Assembly (NCBI GenBank): GCA_003971905.1
Contig: RSEE01000014.1
Span: forward strand, 310,001-374,000
Length of the DNA stretch: 64,000 nt
Origin: Moniliella sp. 'wahieum'
Taxonomy: Eukaryota
Direction: 5' to 3'
The notes beneath the pieces were generated by a model. The model had not been told where the DNA came from. It was given only the letters and a program-made list of their open reading frames with translations, and did not search any database. The number at the start of each line of letters is the position of its first letter. Positions within the stretch are counted from its first letter, which is position 1. The translations under genes were made by a program, and so were the position numbers. Positions 48,970 to 61,234 of this stretch are shown here, piece after piece.

Positions 48970-50386
48970 TGGTCCGCACGCCGAAGGTGGCCTCCCGCCT
49001 GGCCAAGCACCCGCAACAAAAATTGGCCTGGGTCGGGCGCTCGGAATTCGCCTCGTTTCACACTGGTTCCGCCCGCCCGCCTGCCCGCCAGACCAGGCCA
49101 TACCCAATACCACTTCGCGACGGATGATCCAATCCATCCACTCAGGCCCTCCCACGAGCCCGTTGACCGTTCCCCTTCCCCGAACAGAACAGAACAGAAC
49201 ATAAACACCGCACCCTGTGTCCGAGCATAGTCCATTATCTTCACACCATACAGAAAAATATTCTCCGCGCGTTCCATCTCTCACGGCGGACTACCCGGTA
49301 GTGCCTACTAATAGTTGGCGCTTTTGTCCCTTTGCCGTGCTGGAGAACTATTGATTTGCCCCTCTTCTTCTAACTACTAGGCACACCGTTAAGAGCGGCG
49401 AACGACTTTGGCAAGACCTTCTGGTTCTCGCGTCTTCCTCTCTGTCATCTCGGTCCCACGGAACAGACAGGTTTTATATCGCAGCTGAGTGTTCCCCAAG
49501 GGAAATGGACGTAGTGTACCTCCCACGGGTCCACTGCAGGGAGGCTCAGTGCGAATACGGTGGTAATGGATTCACACCTGCCTTGATAACCCCTCTTCGT
49601 CTTCCCAACAACGATCCTTTTTGGCGAGCCTTACCAACACCCCTCTCTCTTTCTCTCTCTCTGCCAAAGCGAGGGTTCTGTGCTGTACGTACGGGACGTA
49701 GAGACGGAGCTGTCGTCTGGTAGGCCGGTCTCCCATACAACGCCTGCATGATCGGACACACACAGGTAGATGTCTGCCACTAAAAGCAGCCTGTGTCGAG
49801 CAGCACTCCCAACAGGGTCCGGCCACCACAACGCAACACAGCACCCCAATCCGTTCTGGGAATCGTGTAATTGACATTTTTCCTTGTCAACAAGCCCTTG
49901 ACGAGGTGGTAGATGAGCTGTTGGTAAGCAGGCCGTGACGACAAGGAAAGCCTCGTCTGCACAGAATGGGGCCCAAGTTCAAGACGTTTCAATCGCGCGC
50001 GGACAGCATCAAGCTCCGTGGCTCCATGCTCAGTGCTCAGTGCCGGGCCAGCTGGGCCATTGGGCTCAAAACGAAAAGGGGAGGGGGAGTACAATGAAGG
50101 AAGGAGGGGACCTAGCAACACTACTAGGGAAGCTGGGTCACGGTCAACGGTCAACAAACAAAGCGGGGTGGTGCGACTGCGAGAACAAACCGGCCCAGCA
50201 AGATTCAGCCAGCCGGGCCCGAAACAAAAAAATGATAACAGGGGGTTTTGGTAGCGTGAAGCCGGGGCAGCTCGCTATTACAGGAGGATGATTGAGTCAA
50301 CGTGACGCGCGACGCTGTGGGAAATGGGAACACCACACCACCCCGAGTCCACTCTCTCTGGAGAAAAGAGAAGGGGATCGGGAAGC

Positions 50387-51554
50387 TTAGGTGGCCTTCT
50401 TGCTCTCGTCGATCGAGTAGGAACCAGGACCCATGTTGACCAAGAGCAGCAGTCCGCCAACAATGGAGAGGGTCTGGAAAAAGTCGTACCGCAAAAAATC
50501 GTGGCTAGGGTGATGCCTGTTGACCGACCAAAAGTTGTTGACGGCCAAGTTAAAGACGGAGAGGAGAGTACAAGAAAGGAAGCGGACCAGCGCGCCTTGA
50601 AGCCGACGGCGACCATGGCGCATGCGCCCAAACCCAGCACGATCGTGATCGCACGCAAAATGCTCCACTCGCCATGGAAGGCAAACCCAATGAAGAGGAA
50701 GATGAGCAGGACGCGACCGGCGAGTTGAAGGTACAGGTTCTTGTCACTTTCGCTCACCCCGAGCGAAGGCAGACCGGCAAACAAGCGCTGGCTCTTCTTC
50801 TGCACGGCAAGCGAGTCGGAAAGACACATGAGCAAGCCGCCCGTGATGGAAAGGGTGCGGAGAGAACAAGTGCCAATCCCAAAGCATGCCATATGCGACG
50901 CCTTGGACCAACTGAATTCCCAGCAGAGCCCCGACGGACGCTTCGGGGTATCGCCGGGCAATCACCGCGATGGAGGCGGTAGCCATGACAATTACATTGA
51001 CGATGAGGAAGATATGAGTGATGCCCCAAGGGAGTGGCGGCGTCGTTGGAGAAAGTAGACTTGGTCGCTCCAGTGGGTTAGCAGGCGAAACGAATCTTCC
51101 AAAAAGTAGCAACAATCAGAAAGCGGCCAAAGCCGGGAAGATAAGGCTTGAGCGGGTGCGTGTACGTGTCAATGAAATCTTCTGCCGTCGACGACATTTC
51201 CTCCAGCCGGGCAACCCAAGGGTTGGACTGGAGTTGGGCTAGAAAGCTGGGAGACGAAGCCGAAGCAGCTCCAGAACGCGAAGCGTAGGACGAAGACGGG
51301 TATCCTCCCCCGCCAAAGCCGCCGGTGGAGCCAAACCCATTGGAGGCGAATGGGGGCCGCCATAGGGGTGCTGAGAGTAGGGGGCTGCGCGGCCATATGC
51401 AGGCTGCTGCTGGGCAAAGCCGGATTGCAGGGGCTGTGTGATAGGCGTGTGCGCCGCTGGAAGCAGCGGCACCGGGGGGGGCAGCATAGGCGCCTCCGGC
51501 AGAAGAGCGGGGGCGCGAGCGTTGGTGGGAAGCGTAGGGCTGGGGATACGCCAT
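50387..51554 (-). CDS. ERV29: SURF4/Erv29 ER cargo receptor
   Basis: PLKPYLPGFGRFLIVATF, LQLAGRVLLIFLF, VAVGFKARWSA, NNFW, DFLRYDFFQTLSIVGGLLLLVNMGPG..SIDESKKAT* (KKxx retrieval signal). Confidence 0.93.
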
Positions 51555-52087
51555 CGGGAGGGGGGGGGTGGAGGTGGCGGGGGCAGACCGAGGCAAGGAG
51601 GCAGACAGCGAGGACGGCGGAGGCCAGCTCGAGCCTAGGCTTCGCTTGACGCTGAAAGCTTGGGGGACGAAACCGAGGAGGCTTGGGATGCTGGAGAAGG
51701 AGGGCGGACTCACTCATTAATCACGCCTCGCGCCGTGCGCTTCTCGCCGATGACGTCGGCAGCTCCTGCACAGGGGCAGTGTTCTCCGGACCTGTCCTCA
51801 GCCAGCCTCAGAGATCTGATCGATGATCGAGATGATCTCAAATCTCCAATCCCACACGCAGCCGAACGTTTCAACTCCCCCTTCCACGTGGACAGCATCC
51901 GGGCGCATTCGGTGCAAGCGGAGGATGGCCTCGGACGGGGCGGCAATTTCAGGCGCCATTCCGCCGGACGCAGCCGCCGGCGCATCGCGCATCCCAGCGC
52001 CACTCGCGTCGCCCACAGCGGTGGAGCAACGCAGCCGGCGCTCCGCCCCCACCGCCTCCTCTCGGCGTGCTCTCTTCTGGCGCTGCG

Positions 52088-55000
52088 ATGGCCAACCCCT
52101 CCGACGCGCTCCGTCGCGCCTCGCATGCGTCCCACGCGTCCCACGCGTCTCACACCAGCAGCACCGCCGCCTCTGCCTCCGCCTCTGCCTCTGCCTCTGC
52201 CTCTTGCCTCTGCCCTGCTCTGCCTCTGCCTCTGCCTCTGCCTCGCCTCCGCCCCGCCCGCCTCCCACCTCGAATCGACCGTCACGCGCCTCCTCATCGC
52301 CACGCGCCTGCTCCTCGACAGCCTCACCAAGTGGTCCAAGCGCGAGTGCGACGATGCATACGTCTCCGACGTGTTTGTCCGTCTCGTCAACAACCTCAAC
52401 GCTGCCCGTGTTGCTTTTGGTGCCTACCGCATCTCTCTCGCTGACCTCGACTCGGTCCCTGACGACCTGCGCGCCTGTCTCGAGACGTGCCTGTCGGAAG
52501 AAGCGAGCGAGGCAAGCTACGAGCGCCATTCCCCCCAAGTGCGCAGCATTGTCGTCCGTCTTCTGGAAGGCATCAAGCGCAAACAGGCCCTTTACAAGCA
52601 GCACCTCGTTGCCACCCCCCACCAGCAGTCCTCCCGCTTCCCCGGCCCCTGGACGGGCTGTGGGTGTGCCTTCTGCGTCTACCGGCCCTGTATCCACCGA
52701 CAGGACGACTTCTGGTCGCTCCTATCGTGTCCATGGACCAAACTCCCTTCCCACACCCGGTCCCGGACCCAGTCCCGCCCCTGCTCCCTCAAGCGCCCAT
52801 ACCGACCCGGCCGCCCCCATCGCCATACCCATCCCGCTCTCGTTCCGGCTCGGATCATCCTAGCGCCCATTCCCCCGCCCCCCCCATCCTGCGTATACCC
52901 GTCCTTCGTTCCGCTCCACCCCAGCGCCACCGCCTCTGCCCGCTTCCAAAGCAGGTACGCAGGAGACGGGGACCAGTGCAATGCCGCCGCTACCGCAACC
53001 CCCCACGTGGGCAGGTACCGGTCAGGCAGCTATGCGCCCGTCTCCGCCTCCCCCACCGCCACCGCCTCCGCCACTCCCCCCACCCCCACCTGAGGTAGTA
53101 CCAGCCCCAGTCCCATCCCCAGCGCTGCCAAGGAACGCCTCTGTTCCCATGCCTTCCCGCCCCGAGCCGACGCTTGTTGCCACGCCACGCAAACCGTCTG
53201 TTGACCCGGCCGAGCCATCGATGCGCGCATTGAAATCGCGCGACATGCTGGAACGAAGGGCATCCAAACGGTTTAGTACCTACACGCTCAGCAAGATGGG
53301 GCTGTCCAATGCATTAGCCGAACCGGCCGTGCATGTGCATGCTCCCAGTACCCCTTCCCCGCGCTCGTCTCGCCCGCACGTCGAGGCAGCCCGCCTGGCC
53401 GGCTCGACAAACAAGTACCCGATTTCCCCTTCTCGTCTCCCACTTTCTCCCCTCGTGGAAACAGATACCGCGCCTGCACCCGCGCCCGTGCCTGTACCCC
53501 AAGCCCAGGTGGGCCGAACCACGATGCCCACTCACCGTCCCGAGCAGTCAACCTCACTTGCCTTGCCGACCGCTGCCTCTGCCGCCATCGCTGCGCCCGT
53601 GGCTTCTCACCCTGCGATGCCTGTCCCAGAGGAACAATCAGGAGCCACAAGTGTGGGCGGAGGCGCGCTGCTCACCCCTGACCCGGCCTCTGCATCTGCA
53701 TCTCCATCTGCATCTGCATCTGCATCTGCCTCTGCCTCTGCCTCTGCCTCTGCCTTGAGTCGGAGCGGTCCGGCTATGCAAGGCAAGATGGAGGTGTACG
53801 TGCAACTGGGCCGACTGACCAAAAAGGCCGTGCTGGACCTATCCTCTGACCCGGTGCTCACAGTGGCCCGACTGAGAATGGTGTTTGTGGATAAATTTGC
53901 CTACTCGCCTGGCCAAACCGACTTCCCACCCATCTACATTCGGTCGCCAGGCGCCGAGGTCGAGTATGAGTTGGAAGAGGTGGCCGATGTGCAACAAGGA
54001 ACGATCTTGTCGTTGCATGTGGACCGTAAGTACTGGGAAGAAGAATCGTGTCGTAGGTTCGTGAGTGAGGCGGGAACACTGACTTTTATCCTTCTTCTTC
54101 TGCTGCTTCTTTCATCTTCTTATCCCCCTTCGTCATTCGACCTTCGTGCCACAATGGCCAGCAATGGACCAGGTCAACAGTTTCTCGATACCTCCCTTGG
54201 CTCGCTTACGAGAGAACTACGGGAACTCAAGACGGCGTTCCACCAACGATCGGCCCAGCCGCCCTCCATGCCCAGCGTTCCCCTGGAACAAGTCAAGGCT
54301 GTCGTGGCTGAACTGCTGCAAGCGGGGGGAGCGGCAGGATCCCAGTCACTTTCGGCCAGTTCGCTTGTGACTCCCACTGCAGCGCCTGCTCGTGATTCCG
54401 TTCCTGCTCCCAATTTTTCTGCTTCTGCTTCTGCTTCTGCCTCTGCTTCTGCCTCTGCCTCTGCCTCTGCTTCTCCCGCTGCTACTGGCGAATCAGACGC
54501 ACCGAACTTGGTCGGGTCTAGCCCACATGTTCCTGGTGCTAGTGAAGAGCTTCAGCGGCAATACTGGGCCGTGCAGCAACTACGCAAGGAGATGGCCATC
54601 ATGAAGCAAGTTCATGAGCAAGCCGCAGCCGAGACGGCGCGCATCCTGAGTGGGTTGCGGGACCAGAATGGACGAGTGAAGAAGCTGGTGACCGAGGGCG
54701 GGTCGGTCCCGCGCAGCCTGCTGGAAGCGGGCAAAGCACAAGTGGATACTCAGTCGCAGCACGTGCTGACGCTAGTAGAGGACTTGCAAGATACGGTGGA
54801 CGAGTTGCGTGCGGACGTGATCCAGCGCAAGGTGCATCCCAAGCCGGCGTTGCTGGCCAAGGTGCGTAAAGATGTGGAGTTGGCCCGAACGGGGCTGGAC
54901 CAGCTGGACACGTACCTCAGTACAGTCAAGCCGTCGTGGAAGAAAACGTGGGAGGAAGAGTTGAGTTTGATTTTGGATGAGCAAAAGTTTTTGCATCATC

Positions 55001-55600
55001 AAGAAGGTCTGTTGAGCGACCTGCGCAAGGACCACAAGGAAGTGAGTGGGCTCTTTTCCCAGATCCAACAAGTGCTGCGTCTTGCTTCGCGCGGCGGGAC
55101 AGCGGGGGCACCGGTGGAGGGGGGAATGGGGCTCGGTGGGGCCGCGGCGGATTGCGCACAGTGGCCTATGTCCCGCCTCCGCCAGACAAGGAACACCAAG
55201 GATTGTCTACGGTGATGCTGGAAGTGCAAGCACAAGCGGTGGACCATGCGCGGCGTGTGCGTGCGCTGGAGCATGCGGAAAAGGACTGGGCGCAGGTGCG
55301 CACCCAGCTCGCCCAGCGCCCGGGCCGGTTCGCCCAGCAGCTCGCTGGGTTTGTGGGGCAGGGCCAGCTGCGGCAGACGGGCGGGGTGGCAGAGACGGAG
55401 CGAGTGCGGCAGCAGCGGGACGAGGCCACGCGGTTGGCCATGTTGTCGGGCGATGCGCATCAGGTGGGCGGGCACCGGTCGGAGGCGGGCCGGTTGTGAA
55501 GCCCAAGCGGCTCATCTGGGGCGGCGTGCCGGGCGAGGACGAAGAGGAGGAGGAGGGAGAGGAGGGGGAGGGGGAGGTGGAGGCAGAGCCAGGTGCCTGA
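52088..55600 (+). CDS. BUD6: Bud6/Aip3 actin nucleation-promoting polarity factor
   Basis: N-terminal LESTVTRLLIATRLLLDSLTKW..VSDVFVRL, LERRASKRFS, AIP3 domain VYVQLGRLTKK..FVDKFAYSPG..YELE, KPSWKKTWEEEL. Probable intron from ~54026 (GTAAGT). Confidence 0.9.
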
Positions 55601-56199
55601 AGCAGTCGGTGCCTGGGCGACTGGGTACATACTACAAGAGCAAAGATTGCCATACTGAAGATGGATGATCGATACGTGATAGCTCGGCTGGGACGAGGGT
55701 GATCGATGAGCGATGATTACATGATTGATGAATCGATGAGCGAATGGTGCCCCACACTGGCGCGGTGCGTGAGCGGTTAGTGTGGGGGCAGGGAGCAGGG
55801 GCAGTGGGCGAGTGACGAGTGAGTGGTCAGGTGACCGGTGAGTACGGGTGCTGGGCGAGTGGGCCAGTGGCCACGTGCGAGCTGGCTGTCACCGGCAGTG
55901 GGTATATATCAGGCAGCCAATATTCAATGCCTCGCCCATGGCAGAGCCAGTATACCCGATGTGGCCGACGTCACCATCACCGACAGCCACTCATACTCAG
56001 GCTTCCGCCCGCAGCTCCAGGCGCGTCGCCGTCCGCATCACATCCGCTGGCTTGACCCGCCCCACCACCATCCAGCCACCCGTGCCCGTCTCCTGCCTCC
56101 ACTCCGCCACCTCCGCCTCGCTGCCCCCGGCGTGCCGTTGCCCTTGTGCGCCTGCGCTGGCCGTTTGCCTTGCTGTTGCCGTGCACCGTCCCCCGCACC

Positions 56200-59100
56200 A
56201 TGGCAGGCAACACCTCCAGCACCCCCGGTGGCGACTCCTTGCCCCCCACCTCTACGCTGGGCCGCCACAGCCGACCGAGCCTCAGCCTCCACCTCAGCCC
56301 CAACCCCACCCCCAACCGCAGCCCCAACACCCGCCTCGCGCCTCCTGCGTCTGAACCCACGGCCCCCCGCAGCTCCGATCTGCCCGAGCCCCGCCATCCC
56401 AGCGTATCGCCTCTTTCTTCCCCCAGACCCACCCACGTCGCTCCTTTCCCCGTCTCGCAATCCTCCAGCACGGTCCACCTCGTTCGTCAGCCCACACAGG
56501 CCGTGTCCAAAGCCATCGCCACCACTGCGGTCATTGGCACGGTTCGCCACCTGTGCATTCCCGGCACGTGGGGTGGCAACCTTACCGACCTCCTCGACCA
56601 CGTCCTTCCTTCCCTTGCCACTCACTTGATCTCCTTGGATCTCAGCCAGTGTGCCCTGTCCCACTTGCCACAGGCACTGCGGCTCTGTACCTCCTTGGAG
56701 GAGTTGGTCTTATCGGGCAACCCACTCCGTAACCCCCCCAGCTGGCTTGGTAGTCTCACCAAGCTCCGCAGCCTGACTCTCGACCACGTCGGTTTAACTT
56801 CTTTGCCGGACGAATTTGCACAGCTGGTGCACTTGACATCGCTCAGCGTGGCCCACAATTCCATGACGCAGCCCCCCCGCTGGCTCTACCGTCTTCCGCA
56901 CTTGGCCCACCTGCACCTAGATGGCAATCCGTTTGCACCCCCCTGGGACGTCACTATCTCTTCTCCTGTTCTCATATCCCCGCGCCTCGATTTCCTCCAG
57001 CACTGATGCGTCCCTATGCGATTCACCAGTGGGGCTTTCGCCGCGCCTCCCCTCATCCTCCACACCGTTCCTCACTTCGGCCTCAACAGTTGCCACGACG
57101 TCCACGTCCTACATCCCCCTCTCGCCCTCCCAGCCTTCAAGGAGGTCAGCCGACAGTCCGATGCATCCCAAGACGCCTACCAAGGCATCCAAGGTCAGTC
57201 TCAGATCGCCAAGCAAGATGCTCTCGACCCTGAGCATTTCTCCTACCTCTCAAAGCTGGACAGCCAAACTGAAGCGCACGCCCAAGGCTGGATCACGTAC
57301 TGTATCCAACCCCGTACGACCATTGTCCTTCTCCCCCGATGGGCTCGCTCCACTCCCTGTGGCAGGAACGACCTTGTTCCCTAGCTCCTCCCGCAGCCGC
57401 GCTGTCTCGGGGCCGGGCCTCCCGCTCCGACCTGAATCATCTGGTCGGTTGAGCGGATCAGTCCCGTCGGTGCGGCGCGGCAGTCAAGTAGATCCAAAGT
57501 CCCCCGAGTCTTCCTGGCTACCGTTCCTTTCGCATCCGCTGTTGGGCGACAGAAAGGATCACCAGAACGAGGAGGAGGAGACGGACACATCAGATGGTGT
57601 TAAGGCCTTGCAACAGTACCTTCAGGACTTGGACACTCTCCATCCTTTTGTTTCGACTCCGTCTTCGGCCAAATTGAAGACAACCCCCTTGCCCGCCATT
57701 CCTACCATGTCCTCGGCCAGGCCCGGGAACGGGATGGACACGCCTACTTCGTCCGCAAGCTCGGTTGCTACCCCTTCTGCCTCCTCCTTCTCGCCCCTTT
57801 CGAAGCATCTGTCCATCCCGTCCCAATCGACGGCTACGCTTCCTAGTCTGGGATCGGGCATAGCAAGCGACAAGGACACCGAGGTCGTTAAGCATGTCGA
57901 GCACCTACTTACCACTGCTCGGGATGACCCCGGGAGGAGGTACAAGGTGCTGGAGGAACTGGTGGGATCAGAAGAAACATATGTCCAAGAACTCCAAGCC
58001 TTGGTTGACGTTTATGTGGCCCCTTGTCGGAGTGTCAAAGAGAAAGCGCCCCTCACTCCAGCCCAGCAGAAAGCGGTGTTTAGCAATGTAGAAGCACTGC
58101 TTCTCTTTCACAAGTCTACCTTCCTCCCAGCACTGCAGGCGGCCGCCAATCCTATCTTGGCGCCATCGGAGCAGATGCTCAAGAGCAGTGAGGCACAGGA
58201 TCGATCCTTGCTAGCTACCCAACAGGTTGCTCAGGTGTTTGTTGACCACGCCCGTTTCTCCGCATGTACACAACCTACATCAACAATTGCGACCTGGCAC
58301 AACAGATCGTGATTGGCTGGGGTGTGCCGATCCAAGCGAGCACGCCTTCTCCCTTGGGCGGACGAAAGCGCTCAACGATTCTAGATCCGTCCATGTGGAA
58401 TCACGTCCATGCGCCACCCGGCCCGAGTGGCAACGACACCTCGGAGACGCTGCCAGCGCAAGAACGTAAGCGGATCCACAAGTACCTCAAGAAAGCTGCT
58501 ACGGACCCGCGATCGTCCGCGCTGGGTTTGGAGAGCTACCTCTTACTACCCGTCCAGCGTATCCCACGCTACCGTTTGATGCTGGAGGATCTGGCACGTT
58601 GCATGGCCCATACGTCTCTTCCATCCGGTGAAGCGGGTCTGCCAGCTTGGCAGACCCTATCTTCGGCTTTGGTTTCGGTCTTGACGGTGGCCAAGGGGAT
58701 GAACGAGGCAAAACGGCGAGCTGAGCAGGAACGACGGTTGTGGGCTTGGCACAACTACTTTCTCCATCATGGGCTGTACCTCCACAATCGTCTGCCTACC
58801 CTGGTTCAGCCCCGCCGAAGGTTGCTCAAAGAAGGCACGGTGACCTTGCAGCGGATCGTGACCGCTAGCGTTGCTCGTCTGCCGTCCGGAGCTACAGATG
58901 GTGGCTGTTGCGCTCCGCCGGGCACGTCCGACCTGATCCGATCCACAGGTGGACCCGTTGGTGCGGCAGCGCGCGTGCCTGCGTTGCAGCAAGAGTGGGT
59001 CGAAGACCAAAGGGGTATGCTGTTGCTGTGCAACGATGTGATCCTGCTGCTGCTGGAACAGGAAACGGCGGGGAGAGTCGGAGCATGCGGAAAAGCTCTC

Positions 59101-59465
59101 TACCACAACGCTTTGGTCGTCGCTCGTCCACGTTGGGAGCGCCTACCTCCGCATCTGTATCTACCTCTACCTCTGCATCTACTTCTGCATCTCCCTCGCA
59201 CCCCCCACCGTCGTTGAGCCAGCTTAAGATCCCGCCCGCGTTGGTGGAGGGGGCAAGAGGGGGGTGCGGCTGGGTGGTCAAAGCCTCGATTGACCTCGTT
59301 CCTGCTCGTACAGAGTTGGAGGCCGAGCAGGCCACCGTTACTGGATCGACGGTACGTCTGTGTGCGCCACATGCCATTTACTACCTCGCTGCGCCCTCAG
59401 CCATCGCGGCAACCGAATGGGCCAAGCTTGTTGGCTCGGCCCAGCGGGAGCGGGCTGAGGCCTGA
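56200..59465 (+). CDS. LRR + RhoGEF (DH) + PH-like protein
   Basis: LRRs LISLDLSQCALSHLP..LEELVLSGNPL..LHLDGNPF. DH domain RRYKVLEELVGSEETYVQELQAL..VFSNVE..LESYLLLPVQRIPRYRLMLEDL. PH-like RRLLKEG..LLLCND..EWAKLV. Confidence 0.88.
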
Positions 59466-61234
59466 GTCTCAGGCCTGAGTCCGGAAGCCTGAGGCCTGGG
59501 GCCTGAAGTTCAGGCCTAAGGGTTCACACTTTCACAGTTCACATGATGCATGAACGTTGAACGTTGAACGTTGAGCCCCTTCCCATCCCCCTTCCCTGAT
59601 ATGCCCCCTCTCTCATTCCCTGTTAGTTTTTTTTCGTATTATCTTGGGCGTACCTCCTCCTCCCCCTTGTTTTTATCGTCGTTGTCATCACCATCTCTTC
59701 GTCGTCTTATTTCGTTCTCTGTCTTGTTTATGTGTTGGGCTAGTCGTTCCCACATTCAATGTACCATCGTTCAACTGAGTCTTCTCTACTAGTCTCTCAT
59801 AAGTAGTGTCGGGTATCTCGCTGGGCAGGTCAGCTGAAGGACGTTGATCGGTACGTTGATCAGTCGGCCTTGAAGAGCTTGAAGCTTGAATCTTGAGCCC
59901 AGGCGCCCAGGGTTGGGCGAAGTAGCAGTACTAATACAAAGTACACCGGAGAGTATATACACCTCTCAGCCCTTCTGCACAGCCCACTGCACTGTCCTGC
60001 CCGTGCCCACGTGTCTCTCTCGCTCCCGATGATCGATGATCAGATCGATCATATACCAATCCCAGCCCGGCGTGGCGGGCTGTGCTCGGCCATTATGCAT
60101 TACTAGTTACTAGTCACTTGGTTCGGTCCGAAATCGTGGATCTCGAGTTGGCTGGTGGCATTACTTGCATTACTCGATACTCGATAACCTCAGGACCGTT
60201 GATGCAAATGTCAGAAAAGATCTCGGATCTAACGTTGCAGATATTCGCGGGGAAGGAGCTTCTGGGGGGCTTAAATTCATTGCGGCGAGCTGTAGGCACA
60301 AAGAGTACTGGCTGTGCGCTTGAAGCTTGGAGTTTGACATTTGAACCCATCTGACACCGGTGGCGCTCAGGCTAAGCGCTTAGCTCCGTCTCTGACACAG
60401 GATAGCACCCGGAACGGGGCAGGGAAATGCGCTGGAGGGGTCCAACATCACCAAAATCGATTAATCCCTCATACCAGACTTCAAGCTTCAAGTCGAGCCG
60501 AGCTACTATTGTTGGGAGTTGAGGTGTTAAACGTTAAACGTTAAAGGTTAAATATTGAAGAGCACACGGGCTGCGTTGGGTTAAAATACGGCGTATAGAG
60601 CTGCTGGTAAGTAACCACAAGCCCCGCTCCGGTGGCTAAAGGCCGGGCACGGACATAGGGAAAATAATGGAGGGCCTTTGACATCAACGTTCAACAACGC
60701 GCCGGGAGTGTGGGAGTTGTGGAGGGAGGCGGGTAGTACGCACACATATGGTAACGCCATGGCCACAGCTCCACCCTGGCTGCAATGGTGTCGAGTGGAG
60801 CAACACTGGCCCCGTGCAGCAAGTGAAGGAAGCCCGAGCTGCGGCAGCGCGGCTGTGGTGCTCGATAAAAAAAGGGTGCTACTGTCAGAAGTGGTGAACA
60901 TTGAATGGAGGATTGGCAAAATCGATAATGGACTGTCTTCTGTGTCCCCTCTGGATCATGCGATGTCGATGGTGTGTGTGCACACACACATATATTTTGG
61001 GAGGAGAGGCACAGCAGATAGCCCATGAGAACGACTTCTCTTTCCTGCAATAATCCAGCACACTCACGTTCCCTTCCAACCTTCTCCTTCTGTCCTTATC
61101 CTTCATCAATCCGGCTCGCTTTTCCTAATACCCACACACCAGCGGCACCAGCATCACCTTTCGTCCACCTTTCACTCTCTCCCTGTCATCCGCCATTGCT
61201 CTAGTCGGCCTCACTCTGAAAAAGCGTACGCCAG

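Noticed and set aside
46420..50280. Telomerase RNA, RNase P/MRP RNA or snRNA next to POP3
   Set aside because: No TAACCCTAA-type template, no properly spaced P4 CR-I/CR-V pair, and no U1/U2/U5/U6 signature seen.
30534..59465. Actin gene cluster (AIP1, FRG1, BUD6, RhoGEF)
   Set aside because: The genes are spread over ~29 kb among unrelated genes, which is compatible with chance.
60170..61110. Iron-responsive GATA (Urbs1/SreA) sites upstream of the ferric reductase
   Set aside because: A few GATAA cores exist (~60184, 60864, 60924), but none matches the extended ATCWGATAA consensus, so they cannot be distinguished from background.
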